NCBI GenBank assembly: GCA_020635455.1
Contig: JACJZT010000003.1
Coordinates: 266,143 to 330,142, forward strand
Source of the DNA: Flavobacteriales bacterium
GTDB taxonomy: Bacteria > Bacteroidota > Bacteroidia > NS11-12g > UBA9320
Reading direction: 5' to 3'
Length of the DNA: 64,000 nt
The translations under genes and the position numbers were made by a program. Below, piece after piece: positions 43,480 to 53,210 of the stretch. The notes under the pieces were generated by a model that searched no databases, was not told where the DNA came from, and saw nothing but the letters and a program-made list of their open reading frames with translations. How positions within the stretch are numbered: position 1 is the first letter of the stretch; each line of letters starts with the position of its first letter.

Positions 43480-44751
43480 ATGTTACAAACTGCCTGGATA
43501 AGGGAAAACAAAGAAGAAGCCATACAAAGACTGGCCATCAGAAATATTGAAGCCGGGGAAATTATTGAAAGGGTGATCCAGATGGATGATTCGAGAAAGA
43601 ACAAGCAACTTGAACTTGATAATTTGCTTGCTGAAGGCAATATACTTTCAAAAGAAATTGGCCGCTTATTCCAATCTGGTAAAAAATCGGAAGCGGATCA
43701 ATTAAAAAACAAAACCCTTGAAATTAAAGAACTCAGCAAGCAGTTTGAAGAAGAATTGCATCACATTGAAAATGGTTTAAAAGATTTGCTTTTAACTCTT
43801 CCCAACGCTCCTTCTCTAAAGGTTCCAAAAGGAAAAACACCGGAGGAGAACGAAATAGTAGCCTTGCATGGAAAACCACCGGTTTTTGAGAACCAGCCCC
43901 TTCCTCACTGGGAACTGGCTAAAAAATACGATCTGATCGATTTTGAGCTGGGCGTAAAAATAACCGGAGCAGGTTTCCCGGTATACAAAGGAAAGGGTGC
44001 CAGACTTCAAAGGGCATTGATCAATTTTTTCCTCGACCAGGCCATTCGTCAGGGATATACCGAAATTCAGCCGCCAATTCTCATCAACGAAGATTCAGCA
44101 TTCGGAACCGGACAGTTGCCCGACAAGGAAGGGCAAATGTATCATGCAAGAGACGACAACTTTTATCTGATTCCAACCGCCGAGGTACCTATTACCAATA
44201 TCTACAGAGATGTTATTTTGAAAGAATCCGACTTGCCGATTAAGAATGTCGGTTATACGCCCTGTTTCAGAAGGGAAGCCGGAAGTTACGGAAAGGATGT
44301 ACGAGGATTGAACCGTTTACATCAGTTCGATAAGGTTGAAATTGTACAGATCAGCCACCCGGATACATCGTATGAAGTGCTGGAAGAAATGAGACATTAC
44401 GTTTGTTCTTTGCTCGAAAAACTTGGTTTGCAATTCCGTGTTTTAAAATTATGCGGTGGCGACATGGGCTTTACCTCTGCCCTTACCTACGATATGGAAG
44501 TTTACAGCGCAGCTCAGGAAAAATGGCTTGAAGTGAGTTCAGTTTCAAATTTTGAAACCTTTCAGAGCAATCGTTTGAAACTGCGATTTAAGGAAAATCA
44601 GGGTAAAACTTCACTTGTTCATACCCTCAATGGTTCGGCACTTGCTTTGCCCCGTATCGTGGCATCCTTGCTTGAAAATAACCAAACTGCAAAAGGAATA
44701 GTAATGCCTGAAGTGCTGATCCCTTACCTCGGTTTTGAAATTATCGATTAA
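43480..44751 (+). CDS. serS: Serine--tRNA ligase
   Basis: 423 aa with an N-terminal coiled-coil arm and class II motifs (FRREAGS, GSALA). Confidence 0.9.
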   Translation: MLQTAWIRENKEEAIQRLAIRNIEAGEIIERVIQMDDSRKNKQLELDNLLAEGNILSKEIGRLFQSGKKSEADQLKNKTLEIKELSKQFEEELHHIENGLKDLLLTLPNAPSLKVPKGKTPEENEIVALHGKPPVFENQPLPHWELAKKYDLIDFELGVKITGAGFPVYKGKGARLQRALINFFLDQAIRQGYTEIQPPILINEDSAFGTGQLPDKEGQMYHARDDNFYLIPTAEVPITNIYRDVILKESDLPIKNVGYTPCFRREAGSYGKDVRGLNRLHQFDKVEIVQISHPDTSYEVLEEMRHYVCSLLEKLGLQFRVLKLCGGDMGFTSALTYDMEVYSAAQEKWLEVSSVSNFETFQSNRLKLRFKENQGKTSLVHTLNGSALALPRIVASLLENNQTAKGIVMPEVLIPYLGFEIID

Positions 44752-44824
44752 TTTTCTCTATTTTAGAGGCATGAAGTTGGTTCGGTATCCGTTTAAAAAA
44801 GGCATTGATAATTCTAATTATTAC

Positions 44825-45328
44825 ATGGACCTAAACCAAAATGCAGTTCGAAAACTCCTGCTTCTGCTGGGCTTTACCTCATTGTTGTTTGCCCAAAGCA
44901 AAGCGCAATGGCAGCAACCCTGTGAAGAGCCCATAAGGGTGAATCCATTCTTTCAATGTCAGGAACCCTTTTTCAGACCCGTCTGTGGGTGTAATTATAA
45001 AACCTATCGCAATGAATGCACTTCTTATAACGTATATGGTGTTAACTGGATATTTGGCAGTGGAGTTTGCCAAAATGATGTTTTCGAATTTGATTTCTAC
45101 CCGAATCCAAGTTCTGAATTCATAAACTTTTCAGTTGAGTTTTTTGATGCCGGAAACATCGTGGTTCAGGTAATTGATACCTATGGGAAACTGCGTTATT
45201 ACTACGATCAGCCTTCTGTAACAAGGTTCGACAATATTATTGAAGTAGGCAATTTCCGACCCGGATTATACCTGGTTACGGTAACCAGCGGGAATTTGTA
45301 TAAGGTAAAAAAATTAATTGTGCGATGA
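44825..45328 (+). CDS. Secreted Kazal-type protease-inhibitor domain protein with T9SS C-terminal sorting domain
   Basis: Signal peptide MDLNQNAVRKLLLLLGFTSLLFAQS. Kazal signature CQEPFFRPVCGCNYKTYRNEC. C-terminal YPNPSSEFINFSVEF...LYLVTVTSGNLYKVKKLIV is a T9SS type-A sorting domain. The ORF-track start at 44735 is rejected. Confidence 0.6.
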   Translation: MDLNQNAVRKLLLLLGFTSLLFAQSKAQWQQPCEEPIRVNPFFQCQEPFFRPVCGCNYKTYRNECTSYNVYGVNWIFGSGVCQNDVFEFDFYPNPSSEFINFSVEFFDAGNIVVQVIDTYGKLRYYYDQPSVTRFDNIIEVGNFRPGLYLVTVTSGNLYKVKKLIVR

Positions 45329-46173
45329 GGATAGAAGTGATTCATGCAGGAAATTTTAAGCTTGATGGCGGAGCAATGTTTGGGGTAGTGCCAAAAAGCA
45401 TCTGGAACCGGATCAACCCGGCCGACGACAACAACATGTGCAACTGGGCCATGCGATGTTTGCTTGTTGAGGACGGAAACCGCCGAATATTGATCGACAC
45501 CGGGATAGGCGACAAGCAATCTGAAAAGTTTTTCGGTTATTATTACCTGAACGGTGACCACAGCCTGAAAAATTCCCTGAATGCCGCAGGACTTGATTTT
45601 TCGGACATTACGGACGTTTTGCTTACTCATCTGCATTTTGATCATTGCGGAGGTGCCATAAAATGGGATGCCAAAAAAGAAAAATTATTGCCCGCCTTTC
45701 CCAATGCAAAATATTGGACTCACCGCGAACACTGGGATCACGCACTTAATCCGAATGTTCGGGAAAAACCTTCCTTCTTAATAGAGAACATCTTGCCCAT
45801 TCAGGAATCAGGACAATTGCACTTTCTGGGTGACTCTTTACAGTTCAGCGACAACATTGATTATAGGATCGCCGGCGGGCATACCGAAAAAATGATCTGT
45901 CCCATCATACGGTATAAGAACAGGACCATCGTTTATATGGCCGATATGATACCTTCCTCGGGGCATATTCCCATTAATTTTATCATGAGTTACGACATCC
46001 GGCCACTGCAGGTGATGGAAGAAAAGGAAGATTTTTTAAAAAAGGCCGCAGAAGAAAATCTACTCTTGTTTTTTGAACATGATCTCAACATTGAATGTGC
46101 CGAAGTTCATTCAACGGAAAAAGGAATCCGTATGAGCCATAATGGCCATCTTTCGCAATTTATCGATCTATAG
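45325..46173 (+). CDS. MBL-fold metallo-hydrolase
   Basis: HLHFDHCGG metal-binding motif. Confidence 0.8.
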   Translation: MRIEVIHAGNFKLDGGAMFGVVPKSIWNRINPADDNNMCNWAMRCLLVEDGNRRILIDTGIGDKQSEKFFGYYYLNGDHSLKNSLNAAGLDFSDITDVLLTHLHFDHCGGAIKWDAKKEKLLPAFPNAKYWTHREHWDHALNPNVREKPSFLIENILPIQESGQLHFLGDSLQFSDNIDYRIAGGHTEKMICPIIRYKNRTIVYMADMIPSSGHIPINFIMSYDIRPLQVMEEKEDFLKKAAEENLLLFFEHDLNIECAEVHSTEKGIRMSHNGHLSQFIDL

Positions 46174-46238
46174 AAATCACGGGACTAAATATTACGGAAG
46201 CACTTTTTGGTTCGAACGACCAAAAGATCTCTGTTGAA

Positions 46239-46619
46239 TTGAGGGAAAGGGTCCTAAGGATACCCCTGGGCCTTAAATTTACAGAAGAAGAGTTGCGTGC
46301 AGAAAACACAGAATACCATATTATCGCCAAATTGAACGATACCTTAATTGGAGTTTTATTGCTTAAACCTGTTGGTACAAACGGCATCCTTAAAATGAGA
46401 CAGGTTGCCGTTGATCCTGAAGTTCAGGGCAAAGGGATAGGGTCGGAAATGGTGAAGTTCTCTGAAGATTTTGCGAGGTCAAAAAACTTTGTTCGAATGG
46501 AATTGCATGCCAGGGAAACTGCTGTTCCTTTTTACCTCCGGGAAGGTTACATCCTTACGGGTCAGCCCTTTACCGAGGTGGGTATCCCGCACCGCAAAAT
46601 GTATAAGGAACTTGTTTAA
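46239..46619 (+). CDS. GNAT family N-acetyltransferase (start uncertain)
   Basis: Acetyl-CoA-binding motif RQVAVDPEVQGKGIGSEMV. The track ORF starts at a TTG codon. GNAT-like sequence IEITGLNITEALF continues in-frame upstream without an ATG. Confidence 0.6.
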   Translation: MRERVLRIPLGLKFTEEELRAENTEYHIIAKLNDTLIGVLLLKPVGTNGILKMRQVAVDPEVQGKGIGSEMVKFSEDFARSKNFVRMELHARETAVPFYLREGYILTGQPFTEVGIPHRKMYKELV

Positions 46620-46818
46620 ACCATAATGGCAATGAGCAATTCAAGGTATTAAAAGGTGTATTCGCTAAATTTGATTTAAGAATACTGCGTTAAACCTGCA
46701 AATATGGCAATACTTAAAACATATTGTTTGGCAGATCAAAAAACAAAGGCCAAAGAACACCAAAAAATAATTACCGATATTTGTTTGTTAACTTCGATTA
46801 TCTGAAACCCGATCTAAC

Positions 46819-47427
46819 ATGAACCACATAAAAAAACTACTGATCTTATTTTTGTTAGCTTATTCAATTGCAACACAGGCAACCATTCACACCATTAAGG
46901 TGTGGGATGGGTATTTCCAGTTCGTTCCCAACAATTTAACCATACAGCTGGGCGACACCATACAATGGCGTGCCTTGGACAATCCCGGTATGGTTCACAC
47001 CATTACTTCCAAATCCATACCAACGGGTGCCGATACTTTTGATTACACCTGGCAGGCACCTAACGATACCTTTTTCCAATATGTTCCAAAAGTTGCCGGA
47101 AATTACGCTTACGTGTGTACACCGCATGAAATTAGCTATAATATGGTTGGAAGCTTTGTGGTAACGGGTGGAACTTCAGCTGTTCAATTTCCTGATAATG
47201 ATAATTGGAAACCTTCAGTTTATCCCAATCCAACTAAAAATGTTATCACAGTTAAGGGTGTCCTTCACAATTTTTCATATAAGATTTATGATGCCAATGG
47301 TAAGATGGTTCAGTCGGGCAAAGCAGAACAAGGTAGCATACCGGTTTATGAATTGAGCAAGGGAATTTACTTTCTGGATTTAATTGGAAATAATTCAGGC
47401 CGATCACCTTTTATACGTTTGGAATAG
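46819..47427 (+). CDS. Secreted cupredoxin (plastocyanin/azurin-like) domain protein with T9SS C-terminal sorting domain
   Basis: Signal peptide. Copper-site-like GMVHTIT...CTPHEISYNMVGSFVV. C-terminal VYPNPTKNVITVKG...KGIYFLDLIGN is a T9SS sorting domain. Confidence 0.55.
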   Translation: MNHIKKLLILFLLAYSIATQATIHTIKVWDGYFQFVPNNLTIQLGDTIQWRALDNPGMVHTITSKSIPTGADTFDYTWQAPNDTFFQYVPKVAGNYAYVCTPHEISYNMVGSFVVTGGTSAVQFPDNDNWKPSVYPNPTKNVITVKGVLHNFSYKIYDANGKMVQSGKAEQGSIPVYELSKGIYFLDLIGNNSGRSPFIRLE

Positions 47428-47558
47428 AACGTAAATTTTAGGTACTTCTTTCCAGGTTGTATTTTTTAAATCTGCAATAAGATCGTTAGGCCGATATGAG
47501 TAATACTAATTAAAGGAGAACAATGTTTTATCAATAAGAATTACCTTGTTAGGAATTG

Positions 47559-48656
47559 TTAATCTGTATTTTCCAGTATTTCTATTAGTTTTTGGTTCAA
47601 GTATAGTTTCTCCTTTCCGACCTTTTCCGATTTCAAAAAGCCGTTTTCTTCCAATGCCATCAAATAATTTCCGACTGTTTTTAAGTTTCCTATATTTTCG
47701 TCAACCATGTATTGGCGTTTAGTATATGGTAAACGAAATAGAATCTCAATCAAGTCTTTGGAATAAACTCTTGGCAACTTCTTTTTGATTTCGTTTGCAG
47801 TTTCTTCCATGGCTAATGTGATTTTTCTTAGTCTTTTCAAACCTTTATTGGATGTTTCTTCTATCATATCCATCATATAAATAATGTAATCTTCCCATTC
47901 GTTTTTTTCTGTAACATCTCGTAAACACTTGTAATATTTATTTTTATTCTTAAAAATGTATTCACTCAGGTAAATTGCCGGTGTATTTAATAATCCGGAA
48001 ATTTTTAGATACAATATCAATAAGATTCTTCCTGTTCTTCCATTACCGTCGGAGAATGGGTGAATGGCTTCAAATTGATAATGCAATATTGCCATTTTTA
48101 TTAATGGGTCTATTGTTGTGTTTTCGTTTATGAACTTTTCCAGGTTTGCCAGTTTTTCACGGATAATCGATTCGCCACTTGGCGGAGTGTAAATGATTTC
48201 GCCTTGCGGGTTGCTCAATGTAGTTCCCGGTGTATTCCTTATCGAAGCACTATTTTGTTTAATGCACTGAACAATTTTGATACAAAGATTGGTTGTTATA
48301 AATGGTTTTGTTTTCAACTCTTCTAAGCCTAACCAAAGTGCTTCCTTGTAACTTAAAACTTCTTTTGTCGCTGTGTTTTCTATCTTTCTGTCGGCAACTA
48401 AAGATTTGTATAGTTCATCGTTTGTCGTAATAATGTTTTCTACTTCAGAGCTTGCCTTCGCTTCTTGTAAATAAATCGTGTCTAGAAATAAAGTAGGGTT
48501 TGGTAAATTGAGTAAAGTTCCGTTTAGTTGAGCCAAGGATCGTCCGGCGGAAATTGCCTTTCGAAGAATTTGTTTAGTTTCTATGTCTGCCTTTGGTGGT
48601 AGTAACGGCAGTTCATTATATGGAATTTTTTTGTCGAATCGGGTCATTAGATTCAA
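47559..48656 (-). CDS. Fic/DOC family protein (class II, in-cis inhibitory motif)
   Basis: Fic motif HPFSDGNGRTGRIL. An N-terminal SxxxEN inhibitory motif lies within SSEVEN. C-terminal winged-helix region. Confidence 0.85.
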   Translation of the reverse strand: MNLMTRFDKKIPYNELPLLPPKADIETKQILRKAISAGRSLAQLNGTLLNLPNPTLFLDTIYLQEAKASSEVENIITTNDELYKSLVADRKIENTATKEVLSYKEALWLGLEELKTKPFITTNLCIKIVQCIKQNSASIRNTPGTTLSNPQGEIIYTPPSGESIIREKLANLEKFINENTTIDPLIKMAILHYQFEAIHPFSDGNGRTGRILLILYLKISGLLNTPAIYLSEYIFKNKNKYYKCLRDVTEKNEWEDYIIYMMDMIEETSNKGLKRLRKITLAMEETANEIKKKLPRVYSKDLIEILFRLPYTKRQYMVDENIGNLKTVGNYLMALEENGFLKSEKVGKEKLYLNQKLIEILENTD

Positions 48657-49163
48657 ACATCAGTTTTACTCTTGTTATTAATACAAGGGCAAATATACTG
48701 ATTATTTACTCTTGTTTTTTTAATGAATGTAAAAAGTACTCTCGTTCAACTTTAAAGTTGGATGATGCAAATTGATATCAGTGTCTCGTGGTACTCTGCC
48801 AGCAGATTCCCGGACGACCAGGTTGAGGAAAAACCAACCGGTTTTCAGCTTGTAAACAACTTGCTGAAATTAAACTTTCCTGCTTTATTCCAGATTCAAA
48901 TCAGTAGTTGGTGGTTGCGTAGAAAAACCTGGAATCCGATTTTGCCTTTATCGGAAAATTCAATTTTGAAATTTCCGCCACTGAATTTGAACCTTAGCAA
49001 ATAGATTTGAAGCTCACCTTTTCGAACGCAAGTTCTATTTTCTGTATTTCATCGAACTCAATAGAATATAGCCAGCGGGGTTGATAGTACAGGATAAATT
49101 TAACTCTTCGAAAAATTAATTAATTCTCTTAGAACAATATAGAAAAAAAAATACATTTGTTTA

Positions 49164-50771
49164 ATGTATATTTTAGTAAAAAGGTTAATCCTCTTCTCTG
49201 CTTCTTTGATAGGTCTGTCAAATGCTTCCTTTTCACAAAAAGTGTTTGATAAAGCCAAGGTAATGGTAGGTCCCCCTATAGAAAAGTTTGATTACTATTG
49301 GTCAAATCACTATTGTAAGGATGAAAAGATCGTTGGACTTTTTTTTAAAAAGTCTACCATAACAATCGTTAGCTCGAGTGCAAAAGATCTTAAGCCAATT
49401 TCGAAGAAAGTAACTATAAAGTTACCCAGTGGAACTTCATTCATTTCATCAGAAAAAATCAAAAACAAGTATTTTGTTTTCTATTCGCGTTGGAATAGAA
49501 AAAAGGTTCTTGATGAACTGTTTTGTAGACAAATTGATTTTAACCACGGTACGTTATTTGACGAAGAGATATTATTAATTAGCACATCGGGGAAACTGGT
49601 ACATAAAGAATACTCAAGTAAGTTTGAAATGACATTTTCGTATGATTCATCAAAAATTCTTTTTAAATATCAAGTTCAACCCAAATATACAAACGACTCA
49701 AAAAATTATGCATTAAATGGTTTGTTTGTTTTTGATTCTAATCTGAAATTATCATGGGGAGAAGAGGTAGAGATGTTGCATACTGAAAAGAAAATGTACG
49801 ACACAAAATTTGCAGTTGACAAATATGGTAACGCTTATATTTACTCTGTAATTCTTAAGACAAATGACCGAAAACTTAAATTAGATAAAGAAAATGATCC
49901 TAATTATTTTATTGAAATCATACGCATTCCATCCGGATCTGCTAACATTACTAAAAATACTATGGTCATTGCCAATCTATATCCAAAGGAAGAATATATC
50001 CACAATATGACTATAACAGAAGGACCCGGAGACGATATGATCTGCAGTGGAACTTATAATTTTAATCAGTCGGAAGATTTAGAAATTAGTCCTTTTATTT
50101 CAAATGGAATTGCTTTGCTCAGGGTTTCCAAAAGCAGTAATAAGATATATAGTGACTACTATGAATTTGACCCATCTTTACTGGCAAAGGATAAATTTGA
50201 AAGAAAAGGTAAACTAAAAGGACAAAAAAACTGGATTCATGGTATGATAGTGTTTCCTGTAAAATTTGACAAAAGTGGAAATACCATAATTTTAGCAGAA
50301 CAACAGACTTGGCATATGATTGGAGTTGGTGAACAATCTACTCGTATTCGTTATTATGGAGATATTTTTGTTTATAACGTTTCAGACAATGGTGAGTTAA
50401 ATTGGTTTAAGCCTATACCAAAGACACAGACCAATCACTATTTAAGTTTTAAACACATGTACAATGAATTAAAGGGATATCATTATTTTGTTTATTCTAT
50501 AAACCCAGTTACTATTAGAATGTATAATAAGGAAATGGAAATAATCAAAGATGTAGATCAAAATGGAGGAAATGTACTAGTTTTATATGGAATAGACGAT
50601 GAAGGTGATACATTTACCTATCCGATCTTTCAGGTTGAAGAATCCAAACAGTCTAAATTAAAATCTTTCTATCCTCAATCTATATTTTACAATAATATAA
50701 ATACATTTATGCTTACAAGTTTAGATGGTAAAGATAATAGAGTATTGGTTAATATAGTACTCAAAAAATAA
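49164..50771 (+). CDS. Hypothetical secreted protein
   Basis: 535 aa with signal peptide MYILVKRLILFSASLIGLSNASFSQ. No recognisable motifs. Confidence 0.5.
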   Translation: MYILVKRLILFSASLIGLSNASFSQKVFDKAKVMVGPPIEKFDYYWSNHYCKDEKIVGLFFKKSTITIVSSSAKDLKPISKKVTIKLPSGTSFISSEKIKNKYFVFYSRWNRKKVLDELFCRQIDFNHGTLFDEEILLISTSGKLVHKEYSSKFEMTFSYDSSKILFKYQVQPKYTNDSKNYALNGLFVFDSNLKLSWGEEVEMLHTEKKMYDTKFAVDKYGNAYIYSVILKTNDRKLKLDKENDPNYFIEIIRIPSGSANITKNTMVIANLYPKEEYIHNMTITEGPGDDMICSGTYNFNQSEDLEISPFISNGIALLRVSKSSNKIYSDYYEFDPSLLAKDKFERKGKLKGQKNWIHGMIVFPVKFDKSGNTIILAEQQTWHMIGVGEQSTRIRYYGDIFVYNVSDNGELNWFKPIPKTQTNHYLSFKHMYNELKGYHYFVYSINPVTIRMYNKEMEIIKDVDQNGGNVLVLYGIDDEGDTFTYPIFQVEESKQSKLKSFYPQSIFYNNINTFMLTSLDGKDNRVLVNIVLKK

Positions 50772-51012
50772 CTGGGGTATGAGAATGATGTTTGGTAGAG
50801 AAGTTACCTGAAACCTTTCTAAATCGTCAAGTTTGTTGTATTTCAAAAACTCACTTCCCCGTTTGGCATACCGTTCAATGTAAGGATTGCTTGCAAAAAA
50901 TATAAAGTGGTTATCAGGAATAATATGAATTTTAGTTTCCATTGATTGCGATTTCTTAAAGATTAGTGCACCCAAAAAGTCTTATTATTATGTGGAGTAT
51001 TCCAATACTTCG

Positions 51013-51020
51013 TAACTTTG
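51013..51020 (+). promoter_or_regulatory. -7 box TAacTTTG positioned for a near-leaderless fdhD transcript
   Basis: TAACTTTG ends 4 nt before the ATG at 51025. Confidence 0.4.
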
Positions 51021-51024
51021 AATC

Positions 51025-51888
51025 ATGGACAGATCCTCAGTTGCCGAAAAAGAGATCCTAAAAGTAAAAAACAAAGAACGTCAAATCCCTGATGCTGAAG
51101 AGACCCTTGACTATTTGGCCGTTGAAGAGCCTCTTGAAATTCGTTTGGTATTTGGTCCTGAAGGTAAACGGCAAACCAAAAGCATTTCCATAACCATGCG
51201 CACCCCCGGAAACGATCCTGAGCTGGGTGTCGGATTTTTATTTACCGAAGGGATCGTTCAAAATCGGGAACAAATTAAGTCGGTTTCTCATCTTCAGTCC
51301 CTACTTAATCCTGACAACATTCTGATCATCGAATTATCGGAAGAGGTTGAAATGGATCTACAGAAACTTGAACGAAATTTTTACACCACCTCAAGCTGCG
51401 GAGTTTGTGGCAAAGCTTCCATTGACGCGGTTAAAACAACCGACAAGCTCGACCGCACAGCAGAATTGGATTCAATTTCGATTTCTCCTGAGATCGTTTA
51501 CGGTCTTCCACAAACCCTGAGAGACAAGCAGGATGTTTTTGAATCCACCGGCGGATTGCATGCCTCGGCCCTGTTCGACCTTAGCGGCAAACTCATTGAG
51601 ACCCGCGAAGATGTGGGCAGGCATAATGCCCTGGACAAACTGATCGGACACTTTTTGATGTCGGGTACTTTACCCCTTAACAATCACATTCTGATCTTAA
51701 GTGGAAGGGCCAGTTTTGAATTGATCCAAAAAGCGGCCATGTCCCACATCAAAATCATTGCAGCTGTTGGGGCGCCTTCAAGTCTTGCGGTGCAGATGGC
51801 GGAAGAGTTTGGTATAACGCTTATCGGTTTTCTAAGAAATGAAAGGTTTAACATATACACGGGAAGTGAAAGAGTTAAGCTCTCATGA
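51025..51888 (+). CDS. fdhD: Sulfurtransferase FdhD (formate dehydrogenase accessory protein)
   Basis: Conserved SSCGVCGKASID cysteine motif and GGLHA segment. No formate dehydrogenase gene is adjacent. Confidence 0.8.
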   Translation: MDRSSVAEKEILKVKNKERQIPDAEETLDYLAVEEPLEIRLVFGPEGKRQTKSISITMRTPGNDPELGVGFLFTEGIVQNREQIKSVSHLQSLLNPDNILIIELSEEVEMDLQKLERNFYTTSSCGVCGKASIDAVKTTDKLDRTAELDSISISPEIVYGLPQTLRDKQDVFESTGGLHASALFDLSGKLIETREDVGRHNALDKLIGHFLMSGTLPLNNHILILSGRASFELIQKAAMSHIKIIAAVGAPSSLAVQMAEEFGITLIGFLRNERFNIYTGSERVKLS

Positions 51889-53064
51889 ACCGGACTTTTG
51901 GATGATTTTGGGCAGAGTGGCAAAATAAACGGCTACCAAACATGCTGCAACCGAGGTTAGCATAAACGTAACGCCGGCCCCGAACTGATACCATATCAGC
52001 CCGGCCAAACTGCTGGCAAGCATGGTAAAAATACTCTGAAATCCGGCAAAAGTTCCAAGAGCACTTGCTGTGTCTTCCTGTGGTACGAGATTACTTATCC
52101 AAGCCTTGCTGATGCCCTCGGTGGAGGCGGCATAAACTCCATAAAGCAGAAAAAGAATTGCATAAAGAAAGATGGATCTGCTAAAGACCATGCCAAAATA
52201 AACCACCGCGAATAGCAAGATGCCAAATATCAAAACCTTTTTGAGACCAAGTTTATCAGCGATTAATCCGGCAGGCAAAGCGAACAAAGCATAAACCAGA
52301 TTGTAAAAAATGTATACACCAATAACGTAACTGTCTGAAAAACCGGCCTTCTTAACCATCAAAAGCAAAAAAATATCCGAACTGTTGAAAAGGGTAAACA
52401 TGAGTAGACCCAGTACGACCCGCTTATAATATGCAGGGCTTATTTTCCAGTACGACCAAAAATCCATAAACCTTACCTTTGGTTTCTTACGGGTTTTGGT
52501 ATTGGCCGATTCCTTAAGAAATAAGGAAGTAAGTATGGACAATGAACCCGGAATAATGGACAGATAAAATAATTGAATGTAATTACCCGGAAAATAATAA
52601 AGGTAGATCAAAGCCAAAGCAGGGCCAGCTGCTGCGCCTAAAGTATCCATGGTCCGGTGAAAACCAAAGATCTTACCTTTTGTAGTTTCGTTGGCTTCAT
52701 CCGACAATAATGCGTCTCTTGCCCCAGTTCGGATACCCTTTCCCAGTCGCTCCGAAGAACGCATAAAAAGCACCCAGTAAACATTGGTAAAAAAGGCCAG
52801 CATTGGTTTGGAGATCGCAGAAAGAAGGTATCCAAACTGTACAAAGGGCACCCGTCGACCACTTTTATCAGAAAGTTTCCCAAAATATCCCTTGCTTAAT
52901 CCGGCAATTGCTTCTGCTACTCCTTCAAGAATACCGATAAGTAAAATAGAAAAGCCAATGCTTTCGAGGTATACCGGCATCACGGGGTAAAGCATTTCAC
53001 TCGATACATCCGTAAAAAAGCTGATAATGGACAGTATCCAAACCGAGCGGGTAATTCCTTTCAT
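51883..53064 (-). CDS. MFS transporter
   Basis: 393 aa, 12 predicted TM helices. Convergent 6-nt overlap with fdhD. Confidence 0.8.
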   Translation of the reverse strand: MKGITRSVWILSIISFFTDVSSEMLYPVMPVYLESIGFSILLIGILEGVAEAIAGLSKGYFGKLSDKSGRRVPFVQFGYLLSAISKPMLAFFTNVYWVLFMRSSERLGKGIRTGARDALLSDEANETTKGKIFGFHRTMDTLGAAAGPALALIYLYYFPGNYIQLFYLSIIPGSLSILTSLFLKESANTKTRKKPKVRFMDFWSYWKISPAYYKRVVLGLLMFTLFNSSDIFLLLMVKKAGFSDSYVIGVYIFYNLVYALFALPAGLIADKLGLKKVLIFGILLFAVVYFGMVFSRSIFLYAILFLLYGVYAASTEGISKAWISNLVPQEDTASALGTFAGFQSIFTMLASSLAGLIWYQFGAGVTFMLTSVAACLVAVYFATLPKIIQKSGS

Positions 53065-53210
53065 TTAAGTTAATCGTTTGCAAACCAAAAATAAGGCATC
53101 GTTTACCTTAAAACACCATCCGGTATGAAAGAATTAATACACATGAGAAATGTCATCAAACTTTCAAGAAATAAAAAATTAATTTACTTTGTATCACTAA
53201 AACCTTAAAA

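Noticed and set aside
48762-49004. 80-aa ORF in the Fic to hypothetical intergenic region
   Set aside because: No start context, no motifs, low-complexity composition. Likely non-coding.
50721-50975. 84-aa minus-strand ORF overlapping the end of the 535-aa secreted protein gene
   Set aside because: It overlaps the convergent gene by about 50 nt and has no recognisable domain. Left unannotated, though a small real gene cannot be excluded.
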